DNA of 46,651 nt from positions 1-46,651 of the forward strand of contig JAZOUV010000079.1 of assembly GCA_045658315.1 (NCBI GenBank). The letters are read 5' to 3'. This stretch comes from Eubacteriales bacterium (GTDB lineage: Bacteria; Bacillota; Clostridia; Oscillospirales; CAG-272). The notes beneath the pieces are model-generated. The model saw only the letters and a program-made list of their open reading frames with translations. It was not told where the DNA came from and made no database searches. How positions within the stretch are numbered: the first letter of the stretch is position 1; every line of letters starts with the position of its first letter. The translations under genes were made by a program, and so were the position numbers. Of the stretch, positions 7,811-17,970 are shown piece after piece.

Positions 7811-9700
7811 ATGATGAATAATCAAACAAAAAATATGGAAGCTTTTTATTTGGGCGAATGTGATAATGCGTATTTATTTATGGGGTGCCACCCGATCACA
7901 ATGGATAATGTCAAAGGATATTTTTTCAGAGTTTGGGCTCCTTGTGCTGTCAGCGTAAGCGTTGTGGGAGATTTTAACTTTTGGAATACCGAAGACCTGA
8001 AAATGACAAAGAACCCCCATGGCGTTTGGGAGGCTTTTTCAAGGTATGCCAAACACGGTGATAAATATAAATATTATGTCGGCCAATCTAACGGGGGGTT
8101 CGAATATAAAATTGATCCTTATGCATTTCGTTTTGCCGACCTGCCGGATACATCAAGTGTTATTTACGATTATACGGGATATAAGTGGAATGACTTCAAG
8201 TACAGAGCACAAAACAAAAGAAAAAAAGTCTTTGAGAGTCCCATGAATATTTATGAATTGCATTTGGGTTCATGGAGGTTAAAAGAAGACGGAAGCTTTT
8301 ATAATTATTCCGAAATTGCAGATCTGCTCATTCCCTATATCAAGTACATGGGATATACACACATTGAGCTTCTGCCAATTACAGAGTATCCGTTTCCGCC
8401 TTCTTGGGGGTATCAGGTAACCGGTTATTTTGCCCCTACCTTCAGATACGGCGAACCGAAACTATTTATGGAATTTATTGATAAATGTCATATAAACGGG
8501 ATAGGCGTTATTCTTGACTGGGTGCCTGCCCATTTTCCAAAGGACAGCTACGGATTGTATGAATATGACGGAACGTACTGTTATGAAGTACGTGATCCTT
8601 CGATGAACGAACATCCCGAGTGGAATACAAGAATTTTTGACTATTCGAGAAATGAGGTAAGGTCATTTTTAATTTCAAGTGCTTTGTTTTGGATAAGAGA
8701 ATATCACATAGACGGTATCAGAGTTGATGCTGTTGCTTCAATGCTTTATCTTGACTACGGAAGAACATCGTATGTTCCAAATAAATTCGGCGGTAACTAT
8801 AATCTTGACGCAATAGCGTTTTTGCAAAAGTTGAATGAATTTGCATTTAAAGAAAACAATGCAGTACTGATGATAGCAGAGGAATCAACGGCATTTCCTA
8901 TGGTTACAAAGCCGTCGTATTTAGGCGGACTTGGGTTCAATTTCAAGTGGAATATGGGATGGATGAACGACATGCTTACATATATGTCGAAAGATCCGCT
9001 TTTCAGAAAAGGAGAACATAACCGTTTAACTTTTTCGCTGACATACGCTTTTTCGGAAAACTTTATTTTGCCTTTTTCTCATGATGAAGTGGTTCATGGA
9101 AAAAGCTCCATGATCGATAAAATGCCGGGTGACTATGATTCTAAGTTTGACAATCTTAGAGTATTATATGCATATATTATTGCTCATCCCGGAAAAAAAC
9201 TGTCCTTTATGGGAAATGAGTTCGGTCAGTTTATTGAATGGAATTTCAAACAGCAGCTTGATTGGTTCTTGCTTGAGTATGATAAACACAAAATGCTTCA
9301 TACTACTGTTAGGGATTTGAACCGTTTATATCTTAATAATTCCCATTTTTGGGAAAATGATTCCGATTGGAATGGATTTAAATGGATATCTGCCGATGAC
9401 TTCTCTCAAAGCATTATAGCGTTCCGTCGTATTAACAAAAGCGGAGATGAAATTATTTGTATATTTAATTTTTGTCCGGTTACGCGTTGCAATTACAGGC
9501 TCGGTTTGCCAAAGAAGGGTGTATATCGTCCTATATTCTCAACAGATAGAAAAAAATACGGCGGTTCATCTGTAAAATTAAGAAAAGTTACGGCTGAACG
9601 TATTTCGTTCCACGGCTACGATTATTCTGGGGAGTTTACTATACCTGCCATGTCGGCAGTCTTCTATAAAAAACAAAAAAACAGTTTGGAGGGAATCTAA
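7811..9700 (+). CDS. glgB: 1,4-alpha-glucan branching enzyme
   Basis: [53 protein letters not shown]; GGAGG at 7802-7806 favours ATG 7811. Confidence 0.97.
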   Translation: MMNNQTKNMEAFYLGECDNAYLFMGCHPITMDNVKGYFFRVWAPCAVSVSVVGDFNFWNTEDLKMTKNPHGVWEAFSRYAKHGDKYKYYVGQSNGGFEYKIDPYAFRFADLPDTSSVIYDYTGYKWNDFKYRAQNKRKKVFESPMNIYELHLGSWRLKEDGSFYNYSEIADLLIPYIKYMGYTHIELLPITEYPFPPSWGYQVTGYFAPTFRYGEPKLFMEFIDKCHINGIGVILDWVPAHFPKDSYGLYEYDGTYCYEVRDPSMNEHPEWNTRIFDYSRNEVRSFLISSALFWIREYHIDGIRVDAVASMLYLDYGRTSYVPNKFGGNYNLDAIAFLQKLNEFAFKENNAVLMIAEESTAFPMVTKPSYLGGLGFNFKWNMGWMNDMLTYMSKDPLFRKGEHNRLTFSLTYAFSENFILPFSHDEVVHGKSSMIDKMPGDYDSKFDNLRVLYAYIIAHPGKKLSFMGNEFGQFIEWNFKQQLDWFLLEYDKHKMLHTTVRDLNRLYLNNSHFWENDSDWNGFKWISADDFSQSIIAFRRINKSGDEIICIFNFCPVTRCNYRLGLPKKGVYRPIFSTDRKKYGGSSVKLRKVTAERISFHGYDYSGEFTIPAMSAVFYKKQKNSLEGI

Positions 9701-10890
9701 TGTTATTCCAAAAAAAAGATTGTGTTGCAATGATTCTGGCGGGCGGTCAGGGAAGCAGACTTGTGGTTTTGACCGAAAACACCGCCAAGCCCGCAGTACC
9801 TTTCGGGGGGAAATACAGGCTTATCGACTTCCCGTTATCTAATTGCATCAATTCGGGGATAGATACGGTTGGTATTCTTACCCAGTATCAGCCTCTCCAG
9901 CTTAATGAATATATCGGTAACGGTATGCCTTGGGGACTTAACAGCACAAACGGCGGGATCCACGTTCTTTCTCCCTATTCCAAAAGCGAAAGCTCCGAAT
10001 GGTATAAAGGTACTGCCAATGCTATATTCCAAAACATTTCTTTTCTTGAAAGATACAATCCCGACAATGTTCTTATTCTCTCGGGCGACCATATTTATAA
10101 AATGGATTATTCAAAGATGCTTCAGGTTCACAACAAAAAGAAAGCTGACTGTACTATAGGTGTTTTCGATGTGCCGATCGAAGAGGCAAGCCGTTTTGGT
10201 ATCATGAACACAAACCCTGACGGAAGAATATATGAATTTGAAGAAAAGCCGAAAGAGCCAAAAAGTACAAAGGCATCAATGGGTATATACATCTTTAAGT
10301 GGAAAGTTCTTAAAAAACATCTTATTGCCGACAACGAAGACCCCGAGTCCAATAACGATTTCGGAAAGAATATTATTCCCAAGCTTCTTGAAGACAAATA
10401 CAAGCTCTTTGCATACTCCTTTGACGGTTATTGGAAGGATGTAGGAACAATAGACAGTCTTTGGCGGTCAAATATGGATATATTAGGTGATGATCCGAAA
10501 TTTGATTTGTTTGATGGAGAACAAAAGATATATTCCAGAAACTATGCGAACCCCTCAACCTTTATCGCTAAAGGTGCTAAAGTAGTAAATTCCTATATAG
10601 CAGAGGGAAGTACAGTATACGGTAATGTATATAATTCGATTATTTCTACAGGTTGTACCGTAGGAAAGAATGCCGTTATCTCAAACAGTTTTGTTATGCC
10701 GAATACACAGATAGGACGAAATTCGGTTATCAAGTATGCAATAATCGGTGAGGATTCGGTTGTTAATGCAAATGCGAGGATTGGCGACATTCCTGAGTTC
10801 TATGATAAGAACAAGTGGGGGATTGCCGTTGTCGGTAAGGATAAGGTCGTTCCTCAGAACAAGATTCTTTTGCCTAAAGAGATATTCTAA
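9700..10890 (+). CDS. glgC: Glucose-1-phosphate adenylyltransferase
   Basis: [11 protein letters not shown]...[45 protein letters not shown]. Confidence 0.97.
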   Translation: MLFQKKDCVAMILAGGQGSRLVVLTENTAKPAVPFGGKYRLIDFPLSNCINSGIDTVGILTQYQPLQLNEYIGNGMPWGLNSTNGGIHVLSPYSKSESSEWYKGTANAIFQNISFLERYNPDNVLILSGDHIYKMDYSKMLQVHNKKKADCTIGVFDVPIEEASRFGIMNTNPDGRIYEFEEKPKEPKSTKASMGIYIFKWKVLKKHLIADNEDPESNNDFGKNIIPKLLEDKYKLFAYSFDGYWKDVGTIDSLWRSNMDILGDDPKFDLFDGEQKIYSRNYANPSTFIAKGAKVVNSYIAEGSTVYGNVYNSIISTGCTVGKNAVISNSFVMPNTQIGRNSVIKYAIIGEDSVVNANARIGDIPEFYDKNKWGIAVVGKDKVVPQNKILLPKEIF

Positions 10891-10933
10891 CCTGAAGATA
10901 TATGAAAAATAGAACAGAGAGGTGGATTTTGAC

Positions 10934-12043
10934 ATGAAAGCAATGGGTATTATTTTTTCAAATATATATGACAGCACATTGGGCGAGCTTACAAACCACA
11001 GGACAGTGGCTTCATTGCCGTTTGGCGGAAGATACAGGCAGATCGACTTTGTACTTTCCAATATGTCTAATTCAAGCATTTATAAAGTAGGTCTTATTAC
11101 CAAATATAATTATCGCTCTCTTATGGATCATCTTGGTTCTGCGGCTGACTGGGATTTGAGAAGAAAGAATGAGGAACTTGTTATCCTTCCGCCATTCGCA
11201 AGCGGACATACAGGTGTTTATAAAGGAAAACTTGAGGCGTTGTATTCTGCAGTATCTTTTATCGATAATCCTGCATACGACTATGTTGTGGTATCTGATT
11301 CAACCGTACTTTGTAATATAGATTTCAGACCTGCCATCGATAATCACATAAGGTCGGGAGCTGATGTTACAGTTATTTCTAACCGAGAGCCTGAGAACAC
11401 CCAAAAGCATCCTTTGATAGTTTATGCAGATAAAAAGAATAAGGCTCAGTCAATACTTCTTGATTCGTCTTCCAATGAAATTGCTTTTGTCGGAATGGGG
11501 ATGTTTATTATAAAAAGACAGCTTCTCGTTGACGCTTTGAATGAGTCTCATTCAAAAGGTTATGTTCACTTTGAAAAAGATTATTTGCAGAGATACTTTA
11601 ATAGCGGTAAACTTAAAGTATCAGTATATGAATTCAAGGGTATAGTTTTAAGAAACGAGAACATAAAGAGCTACTATGCAAACAATATGGCTCTTCTCAG
11701 CGAAAAAACAAGAAACGGACTCTTCGGTAAGTATCCTATTTACACAAAAATAAGGGATGAAATGCCGTCGTATTACTGTGAAACTTCCGTTGTTGAAAAC
11801 AGTCTTTTGGCGGACGGCTGTAAGCTTTACGGAAAGGTGAAAGACAGTATTCTATTTCGAGACGTTACCGTCAACGAAGGGGCAGAGCTTAATGGGTGTA
11901 TCGTAATGCAGGGGACACGTATCGGTAAAGATGCTAAGCTTGAATGTGTTATTCTTGATAAAAACGTAAAAATATCCGACGGTGCGGAGTTAAAGGGTAC
12001 TCCGGAACATCCCGTCATAATTAAAAAAGGAGAGACTGTATGA
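10934..12043 (+). CDS. glgD: Glucose-1-phosphate adenylyltransferase regulatory subunit
   Basis: Degenerate GlgC paralogue (LGELTNHRTVASLPFGGRYRQIDF, WDL.RK) directly after glgC; ATG 10934 follows GAGGTG. Confidence 0.95.
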   Translation: MKAMGIIFSNIYDSTLGELTNHRTVASLPFGGRYRQIDFVLSNMSNSSIYKVGLITKYNYRSLMDHLGSAADWDLRRKNEELVILPPFASGHTGVYKGKLEALYSAVSFIDNPAYDYVVVSDSTVLCNIDFRPAIDNHIRSGADVTVISNREPENTQKHPLIVYADKKNKAQSILLDSSSNEIAFVGMGMFIIKRQLLVDALNESHSKGYVHFEKDYLQRYFNSGKLKVSVYEFKGIVLRNENIKSYYANNMALLSEKTRNGLFGKYPIYTKIRDEMPSYYCETSVVENSLLADGCKLYGKVKDSILFRDVTVNEGAELNGCIVMQGTRIGKDAKLECVILDKNVKISDGAELKGTPEHPVIIKKGETV

Positions 12044-13470
12044 AAATTGTCTTCACAGCAAGTGAAGCTGCACCGTTTATAAAGACAGGCGGACTTGGGG
12101 ATGTTGCCGAGGCTCTTCCTGCTGCTTTGTCTAAAATAAAGGAAAATGAGGTTATCTTATTTTTGCCTTACTACAGCAAAATAAAGAATAATCCTTCCAT
12201 TGAGACAGAATATGTAACCGACTTTGAAGTTAATCTCGCATGGAGGAGACAGTATGTAGGTATATTTAAATATAAAAGCCGCATGAAAAAGCTAAAGGTT
12301 TATTTCATTGACAACGAATTTTATTTTAAAAGAGACAGTGAATACGGTCAGTGCGATGACGGAGAGCGTTTTGCATACTTTTCCAAGGCTATCCTTGAAG
12401 CGTTGGTGAAGCTGGGTATTACACCCGATATTATCCACTGTAACGATTGGCAAACGGCACTCATTCCCATTTTGCTGCACGCTTTTTATCAGGAAACCTT
12501 AGGCGGTGCAAAAACAGTCTTTACAATTCATAACATTGAATACCAAGGCTGGTGCGACCCGTATTTCCTTGCAGATACATTGGGGCTTGATGAAAGCTAC
12601 AGAAATGTGCTTACCTACAACAACTCAATAAACTTTATGAAAGGAGCTGTTCTGTGTGCCGATGCTTTGACAACAGTATCAAAGACCTATGCACTGGAAA
12701 TTAAATATCCCTACTACGCTCACGGTCTTTCCTCGATCATTGAAGAACACACTTTTAAGCTTAACGGTGTTGTAAACGGTATTAATCTTGAAATGAATGA
12801 TCCCGAAAAAGATAAAGCTTTGGTTTGTAATTACGGAAAGAAAGACTGGGAGGTGGGGAAGAAGACCAATAAAGCGGCACTTCAAAAAAAACTTGGTCTT
12901 GAAATAAGACAGGATGTTCCGTTGATCGGAATGGTGTCGAGAATAGTTTCTCACAAGGGCTTTGAGCTTATCTGTGATATTGCAACAGAACTTCTCAAAC
13001 AAGACGTTCAGTTGGTTATACTTGGAACGGGCGACCGGTATTTTGAACAAATGTTAGAGAATACAGCAAAAACAAACGAGGGTAAATTCTCTTTAAATCT
13101 TTGTTTTGATTCTTCTCTCGCATCACAAATATATGCATCGTCCGATATCTATCTTATGCCCTCAAAGAGTGAGCCTTGCGGACTGTCTCAGCTCATTGCA
13201 ATGAGATACGGAGCTGTTCCCGTTGTTAATGCTACGGGCGGTTTAAAAGATACGGTTATTCCTTTTGACGGACTTGAAAACGGAACCGGATTTAATTTTC
13301 AAAGCTATAGCAGAGAAGATCTTTTAGGGGCGTTGAATCGTTGTATAACAGTTTATTATAACAATAAAACTGCATGGAATAAAATTGTATCAAACGCTAT
13401 GTCTTTTGATTCTTCATGGGACAAGCCGGCAAAAGAATATATGGAAATATATAAAAAGTGTCTGAGTTGA
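12040..13470 (+). CDS. glgA: Glycogen synthase (GT5)
   Basis: KTGGLGDV, HCNDWQT, TIHNIEYQG, PSKSEPCGLSQL, TGGLKDTV. Confidence 0.97.
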   Translation: MKIVFTASEAAPFIKTGGLGDVAEALPAALSKIKENEVILFLPYYSKIKNNPSIETEYVTDFEVNLAWRRQYVGIFKYKSRMKKLKVYFIDNEFYFKRDSEYGQCDDGERFAYFSKAILEALVKLGITPDIIHCNDWQTALIPILLHAFYQETLGGAKTVFTIHNIEYQGWCDPYFLADTLGLDESYRNVLTYNNSINFMKGAVLCADALTTVSKTYALEIKYPYYAHGLSSIIEEHTFKLNGVVNGINLEMNDPEKDKALVCNYGKKDWEVGKKTNKAALQKKLGLEIRQDVPLIGMVSRIVSHKGFELICDIATELLKQDVQLVILGTGDRYFEQMLENTAKTNEGKFSLNLCFDSSLASQIYASSDIYLMPSKSEPCGLSQLIAMRYGAVPVVNATGGLKDTVIPFDGLENGTGFNFQSYSREDLLGALNRCITVYYNNKTAWNKIVSNAMSFDSSWDKPAKEYMEIYKKCLS

Positions 13471-13538
13471 CATATAATTGTATATATACCACAATCACAT
13501 GATTATTTTACTTAGCAACACCAAAGGAGTTTTTACTA

Positions 13539-15947
13539 ATGCAAAAAGAAAAAATCGACTTGCTTAATATTTTAAACGACACATCAACAAGACTTTTTAG
13601 TTGTAATATTAACGAGTCAACAGAAAAACAGTTATATAAAACGATTTGTACCGTTTTGCGTGAAATGCTTGCTAAAAAGAGGAAAGACTTTAAAAATGAC
13701 TTCTCGGGAAAAGAAAAAAAGCAGGTGTATTATATGTCTATGGAGTTTCTTGTAGGTACTTCTTTAAGAAATAATTTATATAATATTGGATTGGAAAACG
13801 AATTCAGAGCTGTTTTAAAAGAGCAGGGCTTTGATCTTGACTCTTTGTATGAGCTTGATCCTGATGCGGGTTTGGGAAACGGCGGTCTCGGCAGACTTGC
13901 TTCATGTTATATGGATTCGGCTACCGGGCTTAATATGCCTATTACAGGTTTTTCGATAAGATATGAATTCGGTATATTCAAACAAAAAATTATTGACGGC
14001 TGGCAGATGGAGTTTCCCGACAACTGGCTTGAAAACGGAGATGTATGGCTTCAAGCCCGTCCCGATGAAAGCTACGAAGTCAAGTTCGGCGGTACGGTAA
14101 GCGAATGGTTTGATAACGGGCAGTTCAAGGCTGTTCAAACGGGTTATCAAAGTGTTATTGCCGTTCCATACGATATGTATATTTCGGGTTACGGTTCCGG
14201 TGCCGTCAACAAGCTTATCTTGTGGAGTGCGAATGTTCCGGGCTTTGATATGCATGCTTTTTCGAGAGGGGAATACATGCGTTCTCTTGAGCAGAACACA
14301 ATGGCAGAGGTAATATCTAAGGTGCTTTATCCTGCTGACAATCATATTGAAGGGAAAAGACTGCGTCTGAAACAGCAATATTTGCTCGTATCTGCTTCCT
14401 TGCAGAGTATAATTGCAAAGCATTTGAAGAAGTATGCTACATTGGATAATTTTGCAGATAAGGTGTCTATTCATATTAACGACACGCATCCGGCTCTTTG
14501 TGTTCCCGAGCTGATGAGACTGCTTATTGATGAGCACGGATACAGTTGGGACAAAGCTTGGGAGATCACATGCAAGACATTGTCTTACACCAATCATACG
14601 GTTATGAGTGAAGCTTTGGAAAAATGGAGCGAATGGCTGTTTATTGAACAGCTTCCCAGAGTTTATTCTATCGTTGCAGAAATAAACAGACGACTTATTG
14701 CGGTGTTGAATAAAGTGTATCCCGGCGACTCGGCAAAGGTCAATTATATGGCTCCGATTGCTGACGGTGAGGTGCGTATGGCAAATCTTTGTCTTGCTTG
14801 TTGTCACAAGGTAAACGGTGTTTCAAAGCTTCATACGGAAATCTTGAAAAACAGTATTTTCAACGATTATTATAATCTTGACAACAGCCGTTTTATAAAC
14901 GTTACAAACGGAATAGCGTACAGAAGATGGTTATGTCAGGCAAACCCCAAGCTTACCGATTATATTTCTGAGCTTATCGGTGACGGTTTTAAAAATGACG
15001 CTAATGAGCTTGAACAGCTTCTTAAGTATAAAAATGATTCGGTGGTTCTTAAAGAACTTGCGAAGATCAAGAGAGAAAACAAGTTGGTTCTTGCAGAATA
15101 TATCGCACACAAAAACGGCGTAAATATTGATCCCGATTCTATTTTCGACGTACAGATCAAGAGGCTTCATGAGTATAAGAGACAGCTTTTGAATGTTCTT
15201 CAGATACTTTTGATGTACAACCGTATAAAAAATAATCCTAACGCAGAATATGTCCCGAGAACATTTATCTTCGGTGCTAAGGCTTCTGCGGGTTATGACC
15301 TTGCAAAACAGATCATCAGTCTTATTTCTGCCGTATCGGAGCTTGTTAATAATGATCCTGTTATCAAGAACAGAACTAAGGTAGTTTTCCTTGAGGATTA
15401 CAGAGTATCACTTGCCGAAATGATTATACCTGCTGCCGAAATCTCTGAGCAGATCTCTGTTGCGGGTAAAGAGGCTTCGGGAACAGGTAATATGAAGCTT
15501 ATGATAAACGGTGCAGTTACCTTAGGTACACTCGATGGTGCAAACGTCGAAATACTCGAGCAGGTGGGTGAAGACAACATGTTCTTGTTCGGTATGGATG
15601 TAGATGAAGTTAAAGAGCTTTGGAAGAGAGGATATAATCCAAACGAGTTTATTGCAAAGAGCCCCGAGCTTCGTCAAGTAGTAAACATGCTTACATCGGG
15701 CGTACTCGGCAGACGTTTTGATGACATTGCGGCATCGCTTCTTACCAACAGGTATGGTGTTGCTGATCAGTATATGGCTCTGGCTGATTTTGACGACTAC
15801 GCAAGGGCACAGAACCTTGTATCTGAAACCTATAAAAATAAAGAGGTGTTTATGAAAATGTCTCTTACAAATATTGCAAAGGCAGGAATATTCTCCGCCG
15901 ACCGTTCCGTTTTGGAATACGCGGAAAGAATATGGAATTTAAATTAA
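13539..15947 (+). CDS. glgP: Glycogen/alpha-glucan phosphorylase (GT35)
   Basis: GLGNGGLGRLASC, INDTHP, KRLHEYKRQ, EASGTGNMK (PLP lysine), FSADRS. Confidence 0.97.
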   Translation: MQKEKIDLLNILNDTSTRLFSCNINESTEKQLYKTICTVLREMLAKKRKDFKNDFSGKEKKQVYYMSMEFLVGTSLRNNLYNIGLENEFRAVLKEQGFDLDSLYELDPDAGLGNGGLGRLASCYMDSATGLNMPITGFSIRYEFGIFKQKIIDGWQMEFPDNWLENGDVWLQARPDESYEVKFGGTVSEWFDNGQFKAVQTGYQSVIAVPYDMYISGYGSGAVNKLILWSANVPGFDMHAFSRGEYMRSLEQNTMAEVISKVLYPADNHIEGKRLRLKQQYLLVSASLQSIIAKHLKKYATLDNFADKVSIHINDTHPALCVPELMRLLIDEHGYSWDKAWEITCKTLSYTNHTVMSEALEKWSEWLFIEQLPRVYSIVAEINRRLIAVLNKVYPGDSAKVNYMAPIADGEVRMANLCLACCHKVNGVSKLHTEILKNSIFNDYYNLDNSRFINVTNGIAYRRWLCQANPKLTDYISELIGDGFKNDANELEQLLKYKNDSVVLKELAKIKRENKLVLAEYIAHKNGVNIDPDSIFDVQIKRLHEYKRQLLNVLQILLMYNRIKNNPNAEYVPRTFIFGAKASAGYDLAKQIISLISAVSELVNNDPVIKNRTKVVFLEDYRVSLAEMIIPAAEISEQISVAGKEASGTGNMKLMINGAVTLGTLDGANVEILEQVGEDNMFLFGMDVDEVKELWKRGYNPNEFIAKSPELRQVVNMLTSGVLGRRFDDIAASLLTNRYGVADQYMALADFDDYARAQNLVSETYKNKEVFMKMSLTNIAKAGIFSADRSVLEYAERIWNLN

Positions 15948-17794
15948 TGCGAATCTTATACAACAGTAAAAACACAATATATAAATCTAAGTTCGGCACC
16001 CTTTGCGAAAACGAGGGGTGTACCTTAAATATTTATATTCCCAAAAACTGTAAAACTGTTAGATCTACCCTTGTTTTTAACAGAGAAGATAATAGCAGAT
16101 TTTCAACATATTGTATGGAAAAAAACGGTGAATATGAGGAATATGAAATTTTTTCTTGCGACGTTTCTTTTGCAAGAGCGGGACTGTTCTTTTATTATTT
16201 TGTCATTGAGACCGAAAACGAAAAATTCTCTCTGTATAAACAGGGATATGATATGACAAATATGGAAGATGGGGATTACTGGCAACTCTCGGTTATTCCT
16301 AATGATTTTAACGTGTCAGAGGAGTTTGTGGGGAGGGTAATGTATCAAATTTTTCCCGATAGATTTAATAAATCGGGGGGCTGTGATGTTTCCGCTAAGC
16401 TGAAACCTTTTTTGATTCATGACAATATTGTTGATGTTCCGTATTTTTTGCCGGATGAAAAGGGAGTTGTTCAAAACAATGACTTTTTCGGCGGTAATCT
16501 AAAAGGGATAACTGAAAAAATAGGATATTTGAAAAGTCTGAACGTCGGTATTATTTATCTTAATCCAATATTTAAAGCTTATTCCAACCATAGATATGAT
16601 ACGGCAGACTATAAAAAAATTGACGAGCTTTTGGGCACTGAGGAAGATTTTAAAGAATTATGTCTTGTCGCACATGCCGAGGGAATAAAGATTATACTTG
16701 ACGGAGTTTTTTCCCATACAGGCTCAAACAGTATTTATTTTGACTCGGAGTCGATTTTCGGGAACGGTGCCGTTTCAAATCCCGCATCTCCGTATCGTGC
16801 TTGGTTCAATTTTAAACATTACCCGAATGATTACACATCATGGTGGGGAATAAAAACGTTGCCTTGCGTGGATGAAAACAACGAGTCATATAAAAAATAT
16901 ATTATAAATGACGAGGACAGCGTCGTTGCTCATTGGCTGAGGCTTGGAGCTGACGGATTCCGTCTTGACGTTGCTGACGAGCTTCCTGATTCGTTTATAC
17001 AGGCTCTTAGAAAAAGAATGAAGGAAATAAAAAAATCTTCGTTTTTGATAGGTGAAGTGTGGGAAGATGCTTCAAATAAGTGCAGTTACGGAGTCAGACG
17101 AAAGTATTTTACCGAAGGTGAGCTTGATTCGGTTATGAACTATCCTTTCAAAAATGCAATAATTGATTTTGTGCTTGGCAAAGACGGAGGTTATTCTTTC
17201 AGAGATACCGTAATGTCGATTGCCGAAAACTATCCCGATTGTGTTTTGAAGAGTATGATGAATGTTTTATCAACGCACGATACTGTCAGAATAATTACTG
17301 CTCTCGGAGTAAAAGATGTGCCTCCCCAAAAAAGAGAAAGAGCGTTGTATCGTATGAGTGAGGCAGAATGGGAAATCGCAAAATCAAGGCTTTTTCTCGC
17401 GGTATTTTTGCAGTTTGTTTTGCCGGGAAATCCGTGTATTTACTATGGTGACGAAATAGGGACACAGGGCTTTGAGGATCCTTTCTGCAGATCGTTCTTT
17501 CAGTGGCATAAAACAACGAAAAAAAACGATATTCTTTCATTTTACAAAGAAATAACGGCACTTAAGGCTTCCTCGGAAATTTTAAACCATGGACACGTAA
17601 ACGTTTTTATTGAAAGACACGGGGTTTCAAGGATAGAACGCACGCTGGGGGAAACAGTATTAACGGCATTTGCGAACGTGGGTGACGAGGCTTTAGTTAT
17701 AGAGACGGATAGAGAAGTTTTGTTATCAAAAAATGTCTTTTTTGAGGGTAATAAAAAAATTATAAAAATATTTGGTTTTATTTTGCTGTCGTGA
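15947..17794 (+). CDS. GH13 neopullulanase/amylopullulanase-type glycosidase (probable debranching role)
   Basis: YQIFPDRF, SNHRYDT, DGVFSH, GFRLDVADE, GEVWED, STHDT, YYGDE; ATG 15947 overlaps the glgP stop (TAATG). Confidence 0.9.
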   Translation: MRILYNSKNTIYKSKFGTLCENEGCTLNIYIPKNCKTVRSTLVFNREDNSRFSTYCMEKNGEYEEYEIFSCDVSFARAGLFFYYFVIETENEKFSLYKQGYDMTNMEDGDYWQLSVIPNDFNVSEEFVGRVMYQIFPDRFNKSGGCDVSAKLKPFLIHDNIVDVPYFLPDEKGVVQNNDFFGGNLKGITEKIGYLKSLNVGIIYLNPIFKAYSNHRYDTADYKKIDELLGTEEDFKELCLVAHAEGIKIILDGVFSHTGSNSIYFDSESIFGNGAVSNPASPYRAWFNFKHYPNDYTSWWGIKTLPCVDENNESYKKYIINDEDSVVAHWLRLGADGFRLDVADELPDSFIQALRKRMKEIKKSSFLIGEVWEDASNKCSYGVRRKYFTEGELDSVMNYPFKNAIIDFVLGKDGGYSFRDTVMSIAENYPDCVLKSMMNVLSTHDTVRIITALGVKDVPPQKRERALYRMSEAEWEIAKSRLFLAVFLQFVLPGNPCIYYGDEIGTQGFEDPFCRSFFQWHKTTKKNDILSFYKEITALKASSEILNHGHVNVFIERHGVSRIERTLGETVLTAFANVGDEALVIETDREVLLSKNVFFEGNKKIIKIFGFILLS

Positions 17795-17823
17795 TTGACA
17801 AATGGATAAAATACGTGTATAAT
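17795..17823 (+). promoter_or_regulatory. Consensus sigma-A promoter for the riboswitch-pfl operon
   Basis: TTGACA (17795-17800), 17 bp, TATAAT (17818-17823). Confidence 0.85.
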
Positions 17824-17831
17824 AAAATAGC

Positions 17832-17910
17832 AGCTTTTACATAACTGACGGGAAGACGCAGAATAACTGCGGTGGAATGTAAAAGTTTATAATGCCGACC
17901 GTCTGGGCAA
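17832..17910 (+). ncRNA. ZMP/ZTP (pfl) riboswitch aptamer
   Basis: P1 AGCTTTTACAT/ATGTAAAAGTT, J1/2 ACTGACGG, P2 CGCAG/CTGCG, P3 TGCCGACCGTCTGGGCA, GACGG/CCGTC pseudoknot; sits upstream of pflB, the classic context. Confidence 0.92.
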
Positions 17911-17958
17911 GTCAGTTTTTGTACTTAAAAAAGCTGAGTTGCCTTTTTGTTTTTTTTT
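17906..17958 (+). terminator. Riboswitch expression-platform terminator
   Basis: GGCAAGTCAGTTTTT...AAAAAGCTGAGTTGCC followed by a long T-tract; its 5' arm shares GGCA with P3. Confidence 0.85.
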
Positions 17959-17970
17959 GGAGGTAAAAAT

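Noticed and set aside
13467-13495. Internal glgP promoter TTGACA-17-CACAAT
   Set aside because: The -10 lacks the first conserved T; possible but not supportable.
13902-14807. 301-aa antisense ORF inside glgP
   Set aside because: Fully opposite a well-conserved gene, with no recognisable motif; typical shadow ORF.
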